DNA of 64,000 nucleotides from Camelus dromedarius (lineage: Eukaryota), in NCBI RefSeq assembly GCF_036321535.1, contig NC_087436.1:106890001-106954000 (forward strand), in the 5' to 3' direction. Under the pieces are notes generated by a model. That model searched no databases. It was not told the origin of the DNA and saw nothing but the letters and a program-made list of their open reading frames with translations. Shown here in pieces: positions 1 through 13,128 of the stretch. Both the position numbers and the translations under genes were made by a program. Within the stretch, counting starts at the first letter, position 1; the number at the start of each line of letters is the position of its first letter.

Positions 1-504
1 TAACTATTGTCTCTCAGGTCAACCACTAGGATTTTTCTTTTCTGGGGAATCCTGAACTATTCATGTCACTAATGGGTTTGATTCAATTCGGTTTGCTGTG
101 GAAGTGTATCAGGGTACATCTTAATTTGGAGTTCTGAACTTGAAACAAAAAAATACATTTTTTTGTCCTAACGTAAATATAATTTTGATTCAAGACCTCT
201 ATTTTTCCTAAGCATGAACAACTCGCAATACCTTTCTGTTTAGTCGTGTAATATTAAAGAGTTGTTTGTTTACATCAGACATGAGATATTTACAACCAAT
301 GAAAATTTTGTGACACTTTATGAGCAACATAGCCAAAGTAAAAATTCAATAAGCCAGTGGTTAGTAACTAATAAAATAAGGCAATTCTTGAATAATGCCA
401 GCAAACCTGTGAATAGGTGCAACATTTAAGCAAAATGAGAAACTGAGTACACTTAAAAATGCTCTATGCTTTAATATGGTTTTTATCCTGGGCTTCTATG
501 CATT

Positions 505-580
505 TAAAACTCTTATTCTGAGGTGGTTTCAAAAGACTGCTAAAATGGTCCGTGGCACAAAACAAGTTAAAACTCCTCAC
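505..580. mobile_element. hAT-Charlie-type DNA transposon end fragment
   Basis: cttattctgagg...agactgctaaaatggtccgtggcacaaaacaagttaaaactcctc resembles a Charlie-family terminal sequence; short and diverged. Confidence 0.35.
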
Positions 581-1599
581 CTAGAGTGACCTCTGATGAT
601 GGTGATGAGCAGTCTTAGTGACTTACAGTTGTGACTCTAGTTAACACATAAGACTAAAGTCAGGTACTGCAAAATGTTTTGATAATTTTAAGTGAAAGAT
701 GTAAAGCAAACGGATAATGTGCTATTATTGTCAGTTTGAAGGGTATGCTTTTGGAAATTACAGCATTTTCCACAAATAGTCTTGGCTAAGATAGAGGTTC
801 TGTCTGTCCTCTTTTGTCAAGTCAGGCTTGATAGATATTTCCAACTGTTCATTAAATAATATCTAAATCATAAAGCAATAACCATCATATGACTCTCACA
901 TAACTATCTGTTTCTAAAAGAATTATAGCACTGATGGCTTTTAATGGCCATTTACAATGCCAGAATACTCTTAGGTGATCTCCAGTGGAATCAGTCCAAA
1001 TTGGTTACCCAGTGGAATTGATCTTTAGTTAAAGGTCAAATTCAGTTTTACCTTCAAAATTGAGAAGACTTGGATGTGAAGGCTTCCTCTTAATAATAAT
1101 CTTTTGTAAAATTAACTCTATATTCATTTTTTTAAATCTTTAGTTTGAAGAAAAGGAATGATGCCATTTTTCTCCCACCCCCCAAGTCTCAAAAGGATTG
1201 ACAGATTGACATGGGCTCTGATATACTGAGATTCAAATAGTCACTTTCATTCTATATAAAGTGCTTTAGAGAAAGTATCCATGGAACTGCAGCAAATCAC
1301 ATTTACTGACTCTTTACCAAAGACTGAAGTTCACTCATCTAGTCACACAATTGTTATACAGACATAGACACTTTCACTGCGGGCTTGACTTTGAAAATTT
1401 AGATGACAGAATCAGAGAATGCATTTTTTCTCCTGCAAGTAATGTGGTTCCCATAATAAGAGAATAAACAGAGTGACTAAGCTGACCACGTTCACTTGCT
1501 TTTTCTAGAATCATCTGTTAAATAACTGAGTGCTGTGGGATAGAGACCTGGAAAAAAAAGTGAGGAAAGAATCTCTAATGGTCATCTCAACCCTAATTT

Positions 1600-2400
1600 G
1601 TCCAATAGTAAATCCTAATCTTCCTCCCACCCTCCCTATAACCTACTCTCCTCCCAGTTTTTTCCGTACGTTTTTTATATGGCAACTTTGTCCTTGACAT
1701 CTTCTCTCTTTCACACACCCCACCTCACAGCTGGTCTACCTGCATCGAACCTTGACTTCCAGAGTTGATTCTCAATACTGCAACCTGCATACTTCTTTTA
1801 AAACGAAGGTTAGCTCTTGCTTCTCCTCCACACAAAACCCTGCATTGGCTCTCATTGCCCTGAGAGTAAGCCCCAGTGCTTAGAAAGCCCTGTGTAGTCT
1901 ACACGTAAACCTGCTGCTCCTCTGATGTCCTATCCTCATGCCTGTCTCTTTCTACTCTGTTCCAGCTTCGCCAGCCTTTTCTGGGTTCTGTGAGCCCCCA
2001 GGCATGTACCTACCCTATGGCCTTTGCTCTAGCTGTTCTCTCTGCCAAGAGAATTCTTCTTTCAAATATCAGTGTAGCTGATTCCCTCTCTTCCTTCAAG
2101 GGTTCACTCAAATATCACCTGCTTGGCCAGGCACATTCTGACTGTTTATTACTAAAATTATCCTTGTTGCCCTTCTTCATTCAAGACTTTTATCAGTTTT
2201 TTCCTCCATAGCACTTACTATGTAACACGCTATACACTTGATCTATTGGGTTTTTTTCACTGTTTAGTGCTTGCATATTATCATTATATTTTAAGTTCTC
2301 TAAGAGCAGGGATCTTGGTTTTGCTCACTCTTCTAACCCAAGCACCTAGCACATTGCTTAGCCCATAGTAAGCACTCAATAAATGTGTTGAATGAATGAA
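1600..2400 (+). mobile_element. LINE L2 (L2a-like) 3' region
   Basis: L2 3' UTR motifs (ggcctttgctctagctgttc, ctcaaatatcacc) ending in gcactcaataaatgtgttgaatgaatgaa. Confidence 0.8.
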
Positions 2401-2414
2401 TCTATCAGAAAATC

Positions 2415-2993
2415 ACCTTGACTTTACCTTCAAACTGTGTCTTTAATCTAACCATTTCACATCACGTTGTCAACAACTCCATTGCCACTAAGCTGGTAAT
2501 ATTGGTAAGTTTTAGCCATCATTATCATTTGCCTGGATGATTGCTATTAACTTCTTAAATAAGTTTCCCTTATACATTTTCTTGCCTTCCTTTAGTCTAT
2601 TCTAAAATATACATATACACACATACACACACTATAAAACAAACAAATTAAAGTTAATTTAGATTGTGTCACAGGTTCAACCTCCACCCCCAAAGTTTTC
2701 TTTTTATTTACAGTGAGTAAAATCCACACTCTTTACAGTGGCCCTTTGGGTCCTGCAGGATCCGTGACCAACTTTAAATTTCAGAGTTCTCCAACATCGC
2801 TATCCCCTACTGCTTTATTTTTTTCATAATTATTATTGCTATGCCTCATATAATTTTGCACATTTATTTTATTCAGCGTCATTCTCAGTTAAGATGTAAG
2901 CTTTACAAGGGCAATGATTTTTATCTACTTTGTTCACTGCAGTGTCCTTCTGGTCTATAACAGTGCTTGGCACATTGTAGGCACTCAATCATT
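2415..2993 (+). mobile_element. LINE L2 3' fragment
   Basis: gatgtaagctttacaagggcaatg...tgttcactgcagtgtcc...acagtgcttggcacattgtaggcactcaa. Confidence 0.65.
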
Positions 2994-3499
2994 GTAGGGG
3001 AAAAAATTAAGCATGTACTCTTGGCATTTCTCAGCCTTCCAAATGGAAGCCAGATAACAAGAGAGCCCTTTGATTTGGCCTGCCTTCCAGGCATGAAGTA
3101 AAGAGAGAAGGATGGAGACTAGTCCTAAAGGGTCAAATAGATGATGTTCAGAATAATAGCGCTGGTGATTTTTTTAAAGAATGTGGCTGAAAGAGAATCA
3201 ACAATATCCCAACTGGTCTCCTTATTCTCCATTTATATATTTAAATTATTTAAATATGTACCCACAAATTACCACCATTTCCTTAACTTAAAGCCTAACT
3301 CTTGCTCATCTTCTAAGACTGACCTTAGATACCATCCTGTATAAGACTTGCTGGATTCCCAGAAGCAGGGATTATTATAGTGCCACCAAAGGGGGACTAA
3401 TTTAGCAGGTGATTGTGGTGTAAAAGCTGATGACTCTGTGATTGTAAATGGCTTTAACAAACAAGTAAGAGCACGTAGTTGAAATAATTGCGTTGGAAA

Positions 3500-3910
3500 T
3501 AGTTAAGGCAAAGTGCCAGAGCTTAATGATGGGTCGCTTGAGGTAATGTGGGGAGGACATCTCTGCAGAAGTCATCTGTGACCTTAAATCTGAATGATGA
3601 ATAGAAACCAAGTCAAAGCTGGGCACAGGAAGGGTATCTCAGGCAGGGAGAAGAAAGAGTGTACCGACAAATTTGGGGAACAAAAGTCTCAGTAGACTCA
3701 GAACATAGCAAGAGAGGGAAATTGGGAGAGGAGGATATGGGATATAAAGTTAGTTGGGTACCAACCAGGTGATTTGTGACTTTGTAAGCCATTAAAGGAG
3801 TTGATATTTTATTCAAAACACAGCAAGGAGCCATTGGAGGTCTCTGAAAGTGGGGATGACACAATCTGATTTACATTAAAAAAATACTCTGACCAATCTC
3901 TGAAGAACAA
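3500..3910 (-). mobile_element. LINE L2 fragment
   Basis: Purine-rich antisense L2 motifs: ttgtaagccattaaaggagttgatattttatt, ggagccattggagg, gacacaatctgatttac. Confidence 0.7.
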
Positions 3911-4271
3911 TGCAACTATTTATTTTTGTTAAAATGTGATTGTAATATCTCTTTGCATCACTTTACTCCCCACATTTATATGTTGTTTGATTTAGCTGTC
4001 TCTTGAACAGCATGTTGTAGGAATTCTTTTTAAATTATTTTTGTTCTTCTTAAAATTTCTATGTTTTACTTGAATTGACATCAACCACCTTATTTTGATG
4101 TCTTCTCCATGCTATCTCTTTTTTGGAGATAATTCTTTCTGAATTTTTCCTCCTTTCATAAAATCAATGAAGTACTCCTTGTTGCAGTTTAATATTTTCT
4201 AGTTGTTTGGATATCTTACGTTCCACTTCTCTTCTTGTATTCAATTAATTTGTAGAATTTAAATTTAACAA

Positions 4272-4515
4272 ACATAGTGGTTAAGAACATACATACAGGA
4301 GCCAAACTCATAGATCCTAACCCTTGTTCCACCATTGTAACTACCTGTGTGATCATGGGCAAATTACTTAAGCTCTCTGTGCCTCAGTTTCCTTATCAGT
4401 AAAGTAGATATAATAGCACATAGATCATAGGGTTATCAGGGAAATTATTTCAGTTAATATACATAAAGCACCTAGTGCTTGATATATTGAAAGTAGTATA
4501 AGAGTTTATTTTTGT
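4272..4515 (+). mobile_element. MIR SINE
   Basis: catagtggttaagaac head; core tgtgtgatcatgggcaaattacttaagctctctgtgcctcagtttccttatcagtaaa. Confidence 0.8.
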
Positions 4516-4537
4516 TATTCAATATGTATTAAGACAT

Positions 4538-4958
4538 TGTAGAAGATGAAGTGTGACCTCCCAAAAGACATGTCTACCTGTGACAATGGCCTTATTTGGA
4601 GAAAGGGTCTTGGTAGACATAATTTACATAAGAATCTCAAAATGGTATCATTCTGGGTTCTAAAGCCAATTATGGGTGTCTTTTTAAGAGACAGTGAAAG
4701 GTACAGAGAGGGAAGGACTCATAAAGATGGAATTGATGTGTCTACACTCCAAGGAGTACCTAGAACTACTGGCTGCCGTAAAAAGCTAGTAGAGAGCCAT
4801 GGAATGTACTTCTCCCTCAGAGCCTGCAAAAGAACCAACACTTTCGACACCTTGATCTTGGACTTCTGGCTTCCAGAACTGTCCGAGAATAAATTTCTGT
4901 TGTGTTAAGTCATCCAGTTGGTGACAATTTATTACGGTGGAACTAGGAAACTAATACA
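4538..4958 (+). mobile_element. MLT1 (ERVL-MaLR) solo LTR
   Basis: TG...CA ends; ccttatttggagaaagggtctt; gacttctggcttccagaactgt; aataaatttctgttg; ctaggaaactaataca; flanks gacat/cacat match 4 of 5 as a TSD. Confidence 0.85.
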
Positions 4959-5081
4959 CACATGCACAGCACTTAAAAGGATTGCAATTTCTCCCACGAA
5001 CCAAGACAAAATTCTTAGCTGGCTATTATCTCTTTCCTGTGTCCAAGTTCGTTTCATGGTGTTGAAATCATCTGGATTTTT

Positions 5082-5293
5082 TTTTTTAAGGAAGGAACTG
5101 CTGTATTCTTATCTAGATCTCTTTGAGTTCTTCTTTTCTTAAAAATTTTAAAATATATTAAAAGAATTCTTTTGGAGAGGAGGTAATTAGGTTTTACTTA
5201 CTTATTTTTAGAGGAGGTACTGGGGATTGAACCCAGGACCTTGTGTATGCTAAGCACGTGCTCTACCACTTGAGCTATATCTCCCTCACACAC
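5082..5293 (-). mobile_element. Vic-1-type camelid tRNA-derived SINE with extended 3' segment
   Basis: Minus strand reads atagctcaagtggtagagc (A box)...gggttcaatcccc (B box); TSD tgaaat(ca/tg)tctggattttt at 5063-5081 and 5294-5312. Confidence 0.85.
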
Positions 5294-7437
5294 TGAAATT
5301 GTCTGGATTTTTACTTTCATTTTATTATAATTTTGTGTTATCTCCATGTTTTTACAAATTATTCTTTAATAGTTGTCTTATGATTCACAACTACTGCATT
5401 AATAATTATTTAGACAGTCATAAAATTTATAAATGTTTTATTCCAGAATAGTTGCAAGCTCCTCATCTTTTCTTGTGGATTTATTTTTGTTTTTGTGAGA
5501 ATATACTCTCAAATTAATTCATTAAGAAAAAATTTGTGGTGGAAATATTCTTTCCTTACATAACAATGTTTTTATCTGGTCTTCACACTTGAATGCTGTT
5601 CTGGCTGGGGACAGAAAAAACTGATTCAAAGGATTCTTTCCTCAGAATGCTGGGACATTGCTTCTTGCTTGAAGTCCCCTTTGTTACTGCTGCCAGGTGG
5701 ATTTTCATTGCCATTTAGATAATCCATGTTCATCTTTTTTTTTTTTTTGGTTTTAGATTTTCTGTTTTCCCTCTTTAGTGGTTGGTGGGTTTTATTAGTC
5801 AGAAATCTCTTATTAGCTCTGAAAACAAAATTTTAATTTCCTCAAATAGGGTGGATTGAATGTCCAGGCAGGTGAGTGATGGCTTCTCTGAATAAGGAAA
5901 TTCCTCATCAGTTCTCTCTGCCTTTATCACTTGCTTACTTTTTAGATCTATATAATTACTTTGGATTTTGTTTCCTCTGAGAAAAATGTTGGAGTTGGGT
6001 GCTCTATAATAATTGGGAAACTAAGACAAAGATTGTCTTTGAAATAATTCCTGGTTGAAATTTGACCATGTTCAGACCCTTCTTCCAGATTCTGTCCCTT
6101 CAGTTCTCAGCATTATCTTAGCATTCTTCCAGGGGAACCCTTTTGTTTTATAAGTCTTCCTTGACACCTGTTATGTTACCAAGGCAGCATATCTGCTGGA
6201 CGTCACTGTTAAGCTCCAGAAATTCTTACCATTCTGCTGTGCCAGTGGGCTCCTCCTAACTTTCCAAGGTTACTACGAGTTTATTTTTGTATTTCTCCAA
6301 TGAACCGGATGAGATTTGAAAGAACAGAGAGTCTAAAATTTTTTTCATTAACCATCTTGCATCAGAATAGAGGTGGATTTTTGGAAGAAATTAGTGCCTT
6401 AAGTTTAAGATATCTGCAGTATTTTAGCTGAAATTGGTCTATTGGCCTGAGACTGGGAGGGAGGTCTAACCTGAAGATAAAGATTGGAGAGTCATTGACC
6501 AATAAACGAGGTTAGGAGAATGAGAGCAAATGAAAGTATTAAGCGAGAGCAGAGAGGAGGTGGACAAAGATAAGTCCCCAAAGGTGCATGGCCTCCACAA
6601 TTTTAAAACAAGGATTTTTTTGCTATTTTGATACAAATTAGAAATTCCCATTATGCAAGGCAATGTGTAACATATAGGTGAGATATAAATGATAATGCAT
6701 CTTGTATTTTTTTTCCTATTAGAAGGTTTTAAAACACAAAGCACATGGCAAGTAGAGCCCTAACAATTGGGTTTATAAGATGTGACAGTAATAAACCTCT
6801 GTTAATCTATTACTTTTCCTATAAAATGGGTATGTGATACCTAGTAGAAATTTATACGTGTGAAATAGGATTTATACACTCTGACGTTGTTACGAGTATC
6901 ATTACTGTCATCATTATCACAGTAGTATTTAAAGCAGCATGACATACACAGTTCCAAACTTGTACTGCAATAACAACTGGTAGAAAATGCAGACTATGGG
7001 AGGATTGTGTGTATATAATTGTGTAATTCCTTTTTGCTTTTTACATTCAGTCTTTTTCCAGTTTATCTCTCCCTTTACTTAAAAACTTTGTCTGAGAGCC
7101 AATTATTCAAACATGATTTAAAAGAGTGGAAACATCTTTCTAGGTATCTTGTCTACGATTTCCCTAGAGCATATCTACAGCGCTTAAGATCATTGGAAGA
7201 AACGCGGTTACCTTTCCTTTTCTGTGCAATTGGTTACACATTTTTGGAGGAAGGTGACAGAAATCTCAACACCTTTTAAAATGTACATTCACTAATTTCA
7301 AAGTAAAACTGCTTAAACTGCCCCAAAGAGTGTTTAAGATCTTCCGTTGGCAGCCCGATTCAGTAATACTGCCAAGTCTCTCAGATTTCAACGTATTATT
7401 TAAAGTGCCTTCCTGGCCCGCATCCATCTTCCCCAGC

Positions 7438-7565
7438 CATTCATTCATTCAACAAAGATTTCCGAGCGCGTGGCCCGTGATGGGCCTTGTTATTGGCACG
7501 TGTATTTCAGAAGGAGAAGAAAATAGACAAAGCGCCAGCTCTCATGGAGCTTCCACTCCAGCAGG
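7438..7565 (-). mobile_element. L2 3' end
   Basis: cattcattcattcaacaaagatttccgagcgc...ctctcatggagcttccactccag. Confidence 0.6.
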
Positions 7566-7920
7566 ATTTCCCAGACTACAACAAGCCAGCAAATGAAAGA
7601 TGGCAGTTGAGATAATGAAACTAATCCTGTGAGAGGGACAGTGTGAGGCTGTCTTACCCTGATAGGATTCAATGATACCGTTTGAACGTCTCTGTTTTCC
7701 AGTTGGTGTTTCATTTGTTGGTTTGGTTTTCTATTTTACTTTTAAGTCAGTCCAAGACAGAAACATAGCAGTAAATATCAGGGAAGGTCTCTAAAATAAA
7801 ACGAGTCAGGGAAGGGATCCCTGAGTCAAAATAGAGCAGCAAATATGGCCAATGACTCAACCTTCTCAGGAGGAGGAGCAAGGTGAGAATAACGTAAGAA
7901 TTTTTAAAAAAGGTTATTTC

Positions 7921-8128
7921 AGGAGTTTGGGATTCACAGATATACACTGCTATATATAAAATAGATAAACAGCAAGGAGTTACTGTATATCACAGAGAAC
8001 TATACACAATAGCTGACCTATAATGGAAAATAATCTGAAAAATGAATATATATATATGAGAATCACTTTGCTCCATACCTGAAACTAACATAATATTGTA
8101 AATCAACTGTATTTCAATTTAAAAAAAG
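7921..8128 (+). mobile_element. 5'-truncated artiodactyl-type L1 3' UTR
   Basis: aggagtttgggatt..cagatatacactgctatatataaaatagataaac...aatcactttgct...tgtaaatcaact followed by an A tail. Confidence 0.85.
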
Positions 8129-8699
8129 AAAGATTATGAATACAATGTCTGACAAAGAACTTTTAGACTTGAATGCTAGAAATGGAAAATATGAAAAACA
8201 AGAGCTAGTATTTATCAGCTAAGGCAATTCCTAGCTCAATCATCTATGATGATTTAATCATTATATGTATACATATATATTTATATTTATATGTATAGAT
8301 GTATACACCAATTTATATATTTTTATATAAATACATATATTAATATAGTGTACTTAATTTTTCTATAACCCATTTACTTATTCTTCCTATTAATGTAGTT
8401 TAGCAGAAAAATGCTGTGATTATTTTAAATTCTCAAAATAAATTTCCTACATTAATTTCTCTTAAGAAAATTCATTTGTATTTAAGATTTCTGAATGATC
8501 TATTGATTTTGTCAAACCACCAATCATTTCTTAAACTAAGAACATGTATTTTAAAAAACAAGTGAGGCTGAGGGAAGATAGGGCTTACTGGGGTGCAGAA
8601 TCAGTTTAGCAGTCAAGGAGCAACATTAGACAGTGTCAGGATCCGAGAACCCAAGAAAGGAAGACGAGGGCTCCAAAAGATGAAAGGTAGTAAAGACTC

Positions 8700-9570
8700 G
8701 TTTACTCTCTTGGACATTTTTCCTGAGGTTGTCAAGCCATTCTTATTTTGGAGAAGGCCACCATATTTTTGGCATTTTAGTCGTCATCCATCTCTTATTA
8801 CTTGATGCTCACTAAGTCAGTTTTTAAATGAGCTCAGAAGTTTAAGTGGTATACTAAATGATACTGGCTTTATCTTTGTTATTTAAAATGTGTGGTAAGC
8901 TGTTCAGACTACTCTTGACTTTATAGGATGCATGAAATAGCCAGTCTCCTTGGGAGTAAAAGACCTTTTTATGTCTCATACCAACAAGACTTTTGTACAA
9001 CTACAGTGCTTCTTAATACTTGCTGTCTTATGCATACCCCATTTAGGATAGATCTCCTGAATAAAAACTTTCAGTATTTGCTCTTTTGCTCATCTTATTG
9101 GCATTGCTGTAAAACATGGTTCATTCTCATTCCACAGAAGCAGCAGAAATGTTACCTTCATCTTTCTATATTGATTTGATGGATATAAAATGCACGTAAA
9201 TCTTGACATCCATGTTGTTGTTTCATTGAGATGGAAAGCAATTCGAAGTAGCTGAATCCCTTGCAAAACATTTTTTTTTTCAGTTTCTAGATATTCTGTA
9301 AAGCATGTCTTCTCAAAATGGAATTGGCTTCCCTCTTCACATTGCAGACAAGATTTGCTGACACTCGCTGTTGGGATGTTCAAGTCCATCATAAGATGGT
9401 TCAGAAGCACAATAAATCTATGACATTCACAAATGAAGATGGGTGGTCCAACACTTAAAAATGGGATATTTTCCAAATGTGTCTGTATAATATGAATTTT
9501 AGCAACTTGGAACATTTCCCATGGATCTATTGCTCTGCTTTGGGAATCTCTGTTAGCTTCCTCCAGAAGT
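8700..9570 (-). mobile_element. Possible very old LINE (L4/RTE-X-like) ORF2 remnant, or a decayed pseudogene
   Basis: Codon-like minus-strand sequence with a 141-aa ORF; broken frames weakly resemble post-RT motifs (SSF...L.W, ANSILRR, KFLFRRSIL). Confidence 0.3.
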
Positions 9571-12078
9571 ATGAGAGATGGTGGTGGTTAGCAAGTGGAG
9601 ACTGGGACCTCATAATCCAATAATAATAAGAAGAAATTTTATATTGTTTAGTTGTTTATACTTAATGCTAAATGTCACAGCCAAAGAAGTTGAAAACTAT
9701 GTTGCCAGATTCCTTGTTCTGAAATTTCAGGTATTCTCAAATTCTCCAGCTACAAAATACCTGAATATGCTCATAAAATTCTGCTTCAAAACTCCTTCTC
9801 AGTACATAGCTAACATAACAAGAAAATAAGAGAAATCCTCATAAGTCAAGACCCAAAACAAAAGGAAATCCAGGATGGTAAGTGGACAAAGATACAAAGG
9901 CTTCCTGAGTGCTGAGGCAAGCACAGTAATCTAGAATTTAACTTGATTATCACATATCTGCTCAAAATAGAAACTGGCATTAAGACCTTCACATAAAGTG
10001 ACAATGCCGAAAGCCTACATGCTCAGGGAAAAGTAGACAAGAACAAATGTCTGTAAAAGAACATGACAAATAATATTGTCTCTTCACCATTGTTATGATG
10101 GAAATGGAAAACAAATAGATAAATGTATGAATACATAAAACAGCCTGCATTCATTACCAACTTTAAACTTATCTCCTAATTTGCCAAAAAAGTTCAAGCT
10201 GAGAACACAGTTTATAGTGGTACCAGTTTAACAATTCTTCTGAAAGCCCAGGAATATCAAATGCAAACGATTTCTTTAGGACCCTTCCCTAACTGTAGAC
10301 ATCATAGAATTTCCAAAAATAAAGGCCATCAAAATATAATTAGACAATTTTTTTAAATGAATAAGCAAGACATACAAGAATAACAAAAGATACTATAAAA
10401 TGATGAAACAATTTTATAAAAACCAAATAAGTTTTCCATAAATAAATTTATATTTGAAATTTAAACTCCATTGGATGTGCTAAATAATAGACTTGATTTA
10501 GCTAAAGACAGAATTAGTGCGCCTGAAGATGGATCAAATGAAATTACTCATAATGAAGCAAAGGGATCTGAAGAGAGGTTAAGAAATACAGAGAATAGAA
10601 TGATACTGCCTACAATAAATCTAAACAAGTTCCCAGAAGGAAATAATACAGAGGTTAGAGTTTCAGTATTTGAAGTCACACTGGCTTAGAACTTCTGCAA
10701 AATAATGACATCAAACAACAGATTAGGAAATATAGTGAATCCAAATCAGGATGATTTTTTTTTTTTGAAATTCACACTCAATTACTCTATAGTGAGATTT
10801 TGGAATGTAAGTTAAAATATTAAACATGTCCAGAAAAAAATAGACTTCCTCAAAGAAATAAAAATTGCATTAAATTCCAAGAGCAGAAATAGTATCTAGA
10901 AAATAGTACAATAAGTTTACAATATTAACTTTAAAGTGTTTAGACAAAATAGTTGCCAACTTAAAATTGTAAACCCAACTTCATTGTCAAAAATGCAGAC
11001 AAAATAACATTTTCAAATAAACTAAAAAAAAAAAAAGAGAGAGAGAATTTACCATTACTAAAGGAATTTTAAAACCTATTTCAATAAGAAGAAAAATAAG
11101 TCCAAATAGAAAATTAAAACCCAAGGATAAATAATAAGCCAAGAAAACAATAAGGAAAAGAATAAATCTAAACAAACTTAAGTGACATAAAACAATAATA
11201 ATAATGTACAATATGTGCAGATAGAAGAGAGAATTAAGTTTCTTGACATGTATCATAACCATGAGATAATTTGCTCAAAAGTTTGCTAGGGTCTTTGTGT
11301 TATTCAAAATAAAATGTATGTTAAAACATTTCAAATAATCACTAATGATAAAATACATAACGCAACATCCAAAAATACAGAAGGAAAACTGGAATAAGAT
11401 TAAAAAATACTAAATTCTAAAAAAGGCAAGAAAGAATAAAGTTAATATTTAAAAGTAGGATAAAACAAACACACAAAACAAGATACTAGAAAAACTCTTT
11501 TAATCACTCTAAATATAGACTATACTTGATAGTCAGACAAAATTTGTCATGCTATATAAATAAAACAGTATCCAGTTATACACTGCTTGTAAAAGATATA
11601 CCTAAATCAAGTAAAGCATAAAGGTTAAGTGAAACATTATCTAAGTTTCCAGGCATTTGCTAATCAAAATATAGAAAGTATAGCTATGTTAATATAGAAA
11701 AAATAGACATTAAGCCAGAAGGCATTGCTAGAAATAAATAATATGTCTCCAAAAGACTAAAAGTTTTAGTTTAAAAGAACTGTATGACAATTTCAGACTT
11801 ATAAAAAATCTTATAACATAGTGTCATATACATGCACAGTATTAAAAGGACAAATTAAGAAAGTATCATCATAGTGACAGAGTTTAACGCATATTATTCA
11901 GTAATTGTTAAATCAAGTGAACAAATCATAAAAGTTCAATGAGTATAAAGCTATGATTGTACAAGATGAATATGTCCTAGAAGGCTGCTGTACAACACAA
12001 TGCCTATAGTTAACAGTATGGTATTATACACTTAAAAACTTGTTCAAGTTTAGATCTCACGTTAAGAGTTCTTAACAT

Positions 12079-12117
12079 ACACACACACACACACACGCAC
12101 ACACACGCACACACACA
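12079..12117. repeat. (CA)n microsatellite
   Basis: Direct observation; two CG interruptions. Confidence 0.95.
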
Positions 12118-12129
12118 AAGGAAATACAA

Positions 12130-13128
12130 CAATAAGGAAAAAAATAGCACAATTAAAAAGTGAGCCAAAGACCTTAACAAACACTTCACAAAGAAAGACA
12201 TAAAGATGGCAAATAAGCACATGAAAGGATGCTCTCGATTATATGTCATCAGGAAAATGCGATTATATGTCATCAGGAAAATGCAAATTAAAACCATAAT
12301 AAGGTATTACTACACAGATATTAGAAAGGTCAAAATCAAGAGCACTGACAATACCAAATGCTATGATACAGCCACTTTGTTAGACAGTTTGGCAGTTTCT
12401 TACAAAACTAAACATACTCTCACCCTACAATCTAGAAATCCTACTTTTTGATATTTACCCAAAGGACTTGAAAACCTATGTCCACACAAAAATTTGCAGA
12501 TGGTAGTTTACAGCAGCTTTATTCATAACTGCCAAAACTTGAAAGCAACCAAGATGTCCTTTAATAGGCAAACAAATTAAAAACTGTTGTATATCCAGAC
12601 AAAGGAATATTATTCAGTGCTAAAAAGAAATGAGCTATCAAGCCATGAAAAGACATGCAGGAACCTTAAATACATATTACTAAATGAGGAAAGCTGATCT
12701 GAAAAGGCTGTATAATGTGTAATTCCAACTATATGACATTCTGAAAGAAGCAAAAATATGGGAAAAGTAAAAAGATCGGTGGTTGCCAGAGGTTGGAGTT
12801 GAGGAATGAATAGGTGGAGCACAGAGGAATTTTAGAGCAGCAGAATTCTTGTTATGATATTATGATGATGGATACATGTTATTATGCATTTTTCCAAGCC
12901 TACAGAATGTACAACAGGAAGAGTAAACCATAATGTAAACTACAGACTTTGCATGATTATGATGTCACCACAGGTTTATCAATTGTAACAAATGTACCAT
13001 TCTGGTGAGGGATGTTTATAATGGGAAAGACTATGGATATGTATTGGCAGGGAGTATATGGGAAACCTCTGTACCTTCCTCTTTGTGATCCTAAAACTAC
13101 TATTTAAAAATAGTCTTAAAAAAACAAC
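12130..13128 (+). mobile_element. L1MC1-like ORF2 end plus 3' UTR
   Basis: aaagaccttaacaaacacttcac...gagctatcaagccatgaaaagacatg...taggtggagcacagagga...ggaaacctctgtacc...cctaaaact followed by an A tail. Confidence 0.75.

Larger units (their letters stand above)
3920..6365 (-). mobile_element. Ancient L1M/HAL1-like ORF1 and 5' fragments, interrupted by a MIR, an MLT1 and a SINE
   Basis: T-rich; cttcacacttgaatgctgttctggctggg...ttctttcctcagaatg resembles antisense ORF1; ends near accatctt (L1-like 5' end). Confidence 0.4.

Noticed and set aside
4546..4908. 120-aa ORF
   Set aside because: Lies wholly within an MLT1 LTR
5869..5877. Perfect donor CAG|GTGAGT (also AAG|GTAAGT near 40545)
   Set aside because: Inside old L1/HAL1-like sequence with no supporting acceptor or frame
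10471..10689. Coiled-coil ORF
   Set aside because: Decayed L1 ORF1p remnant
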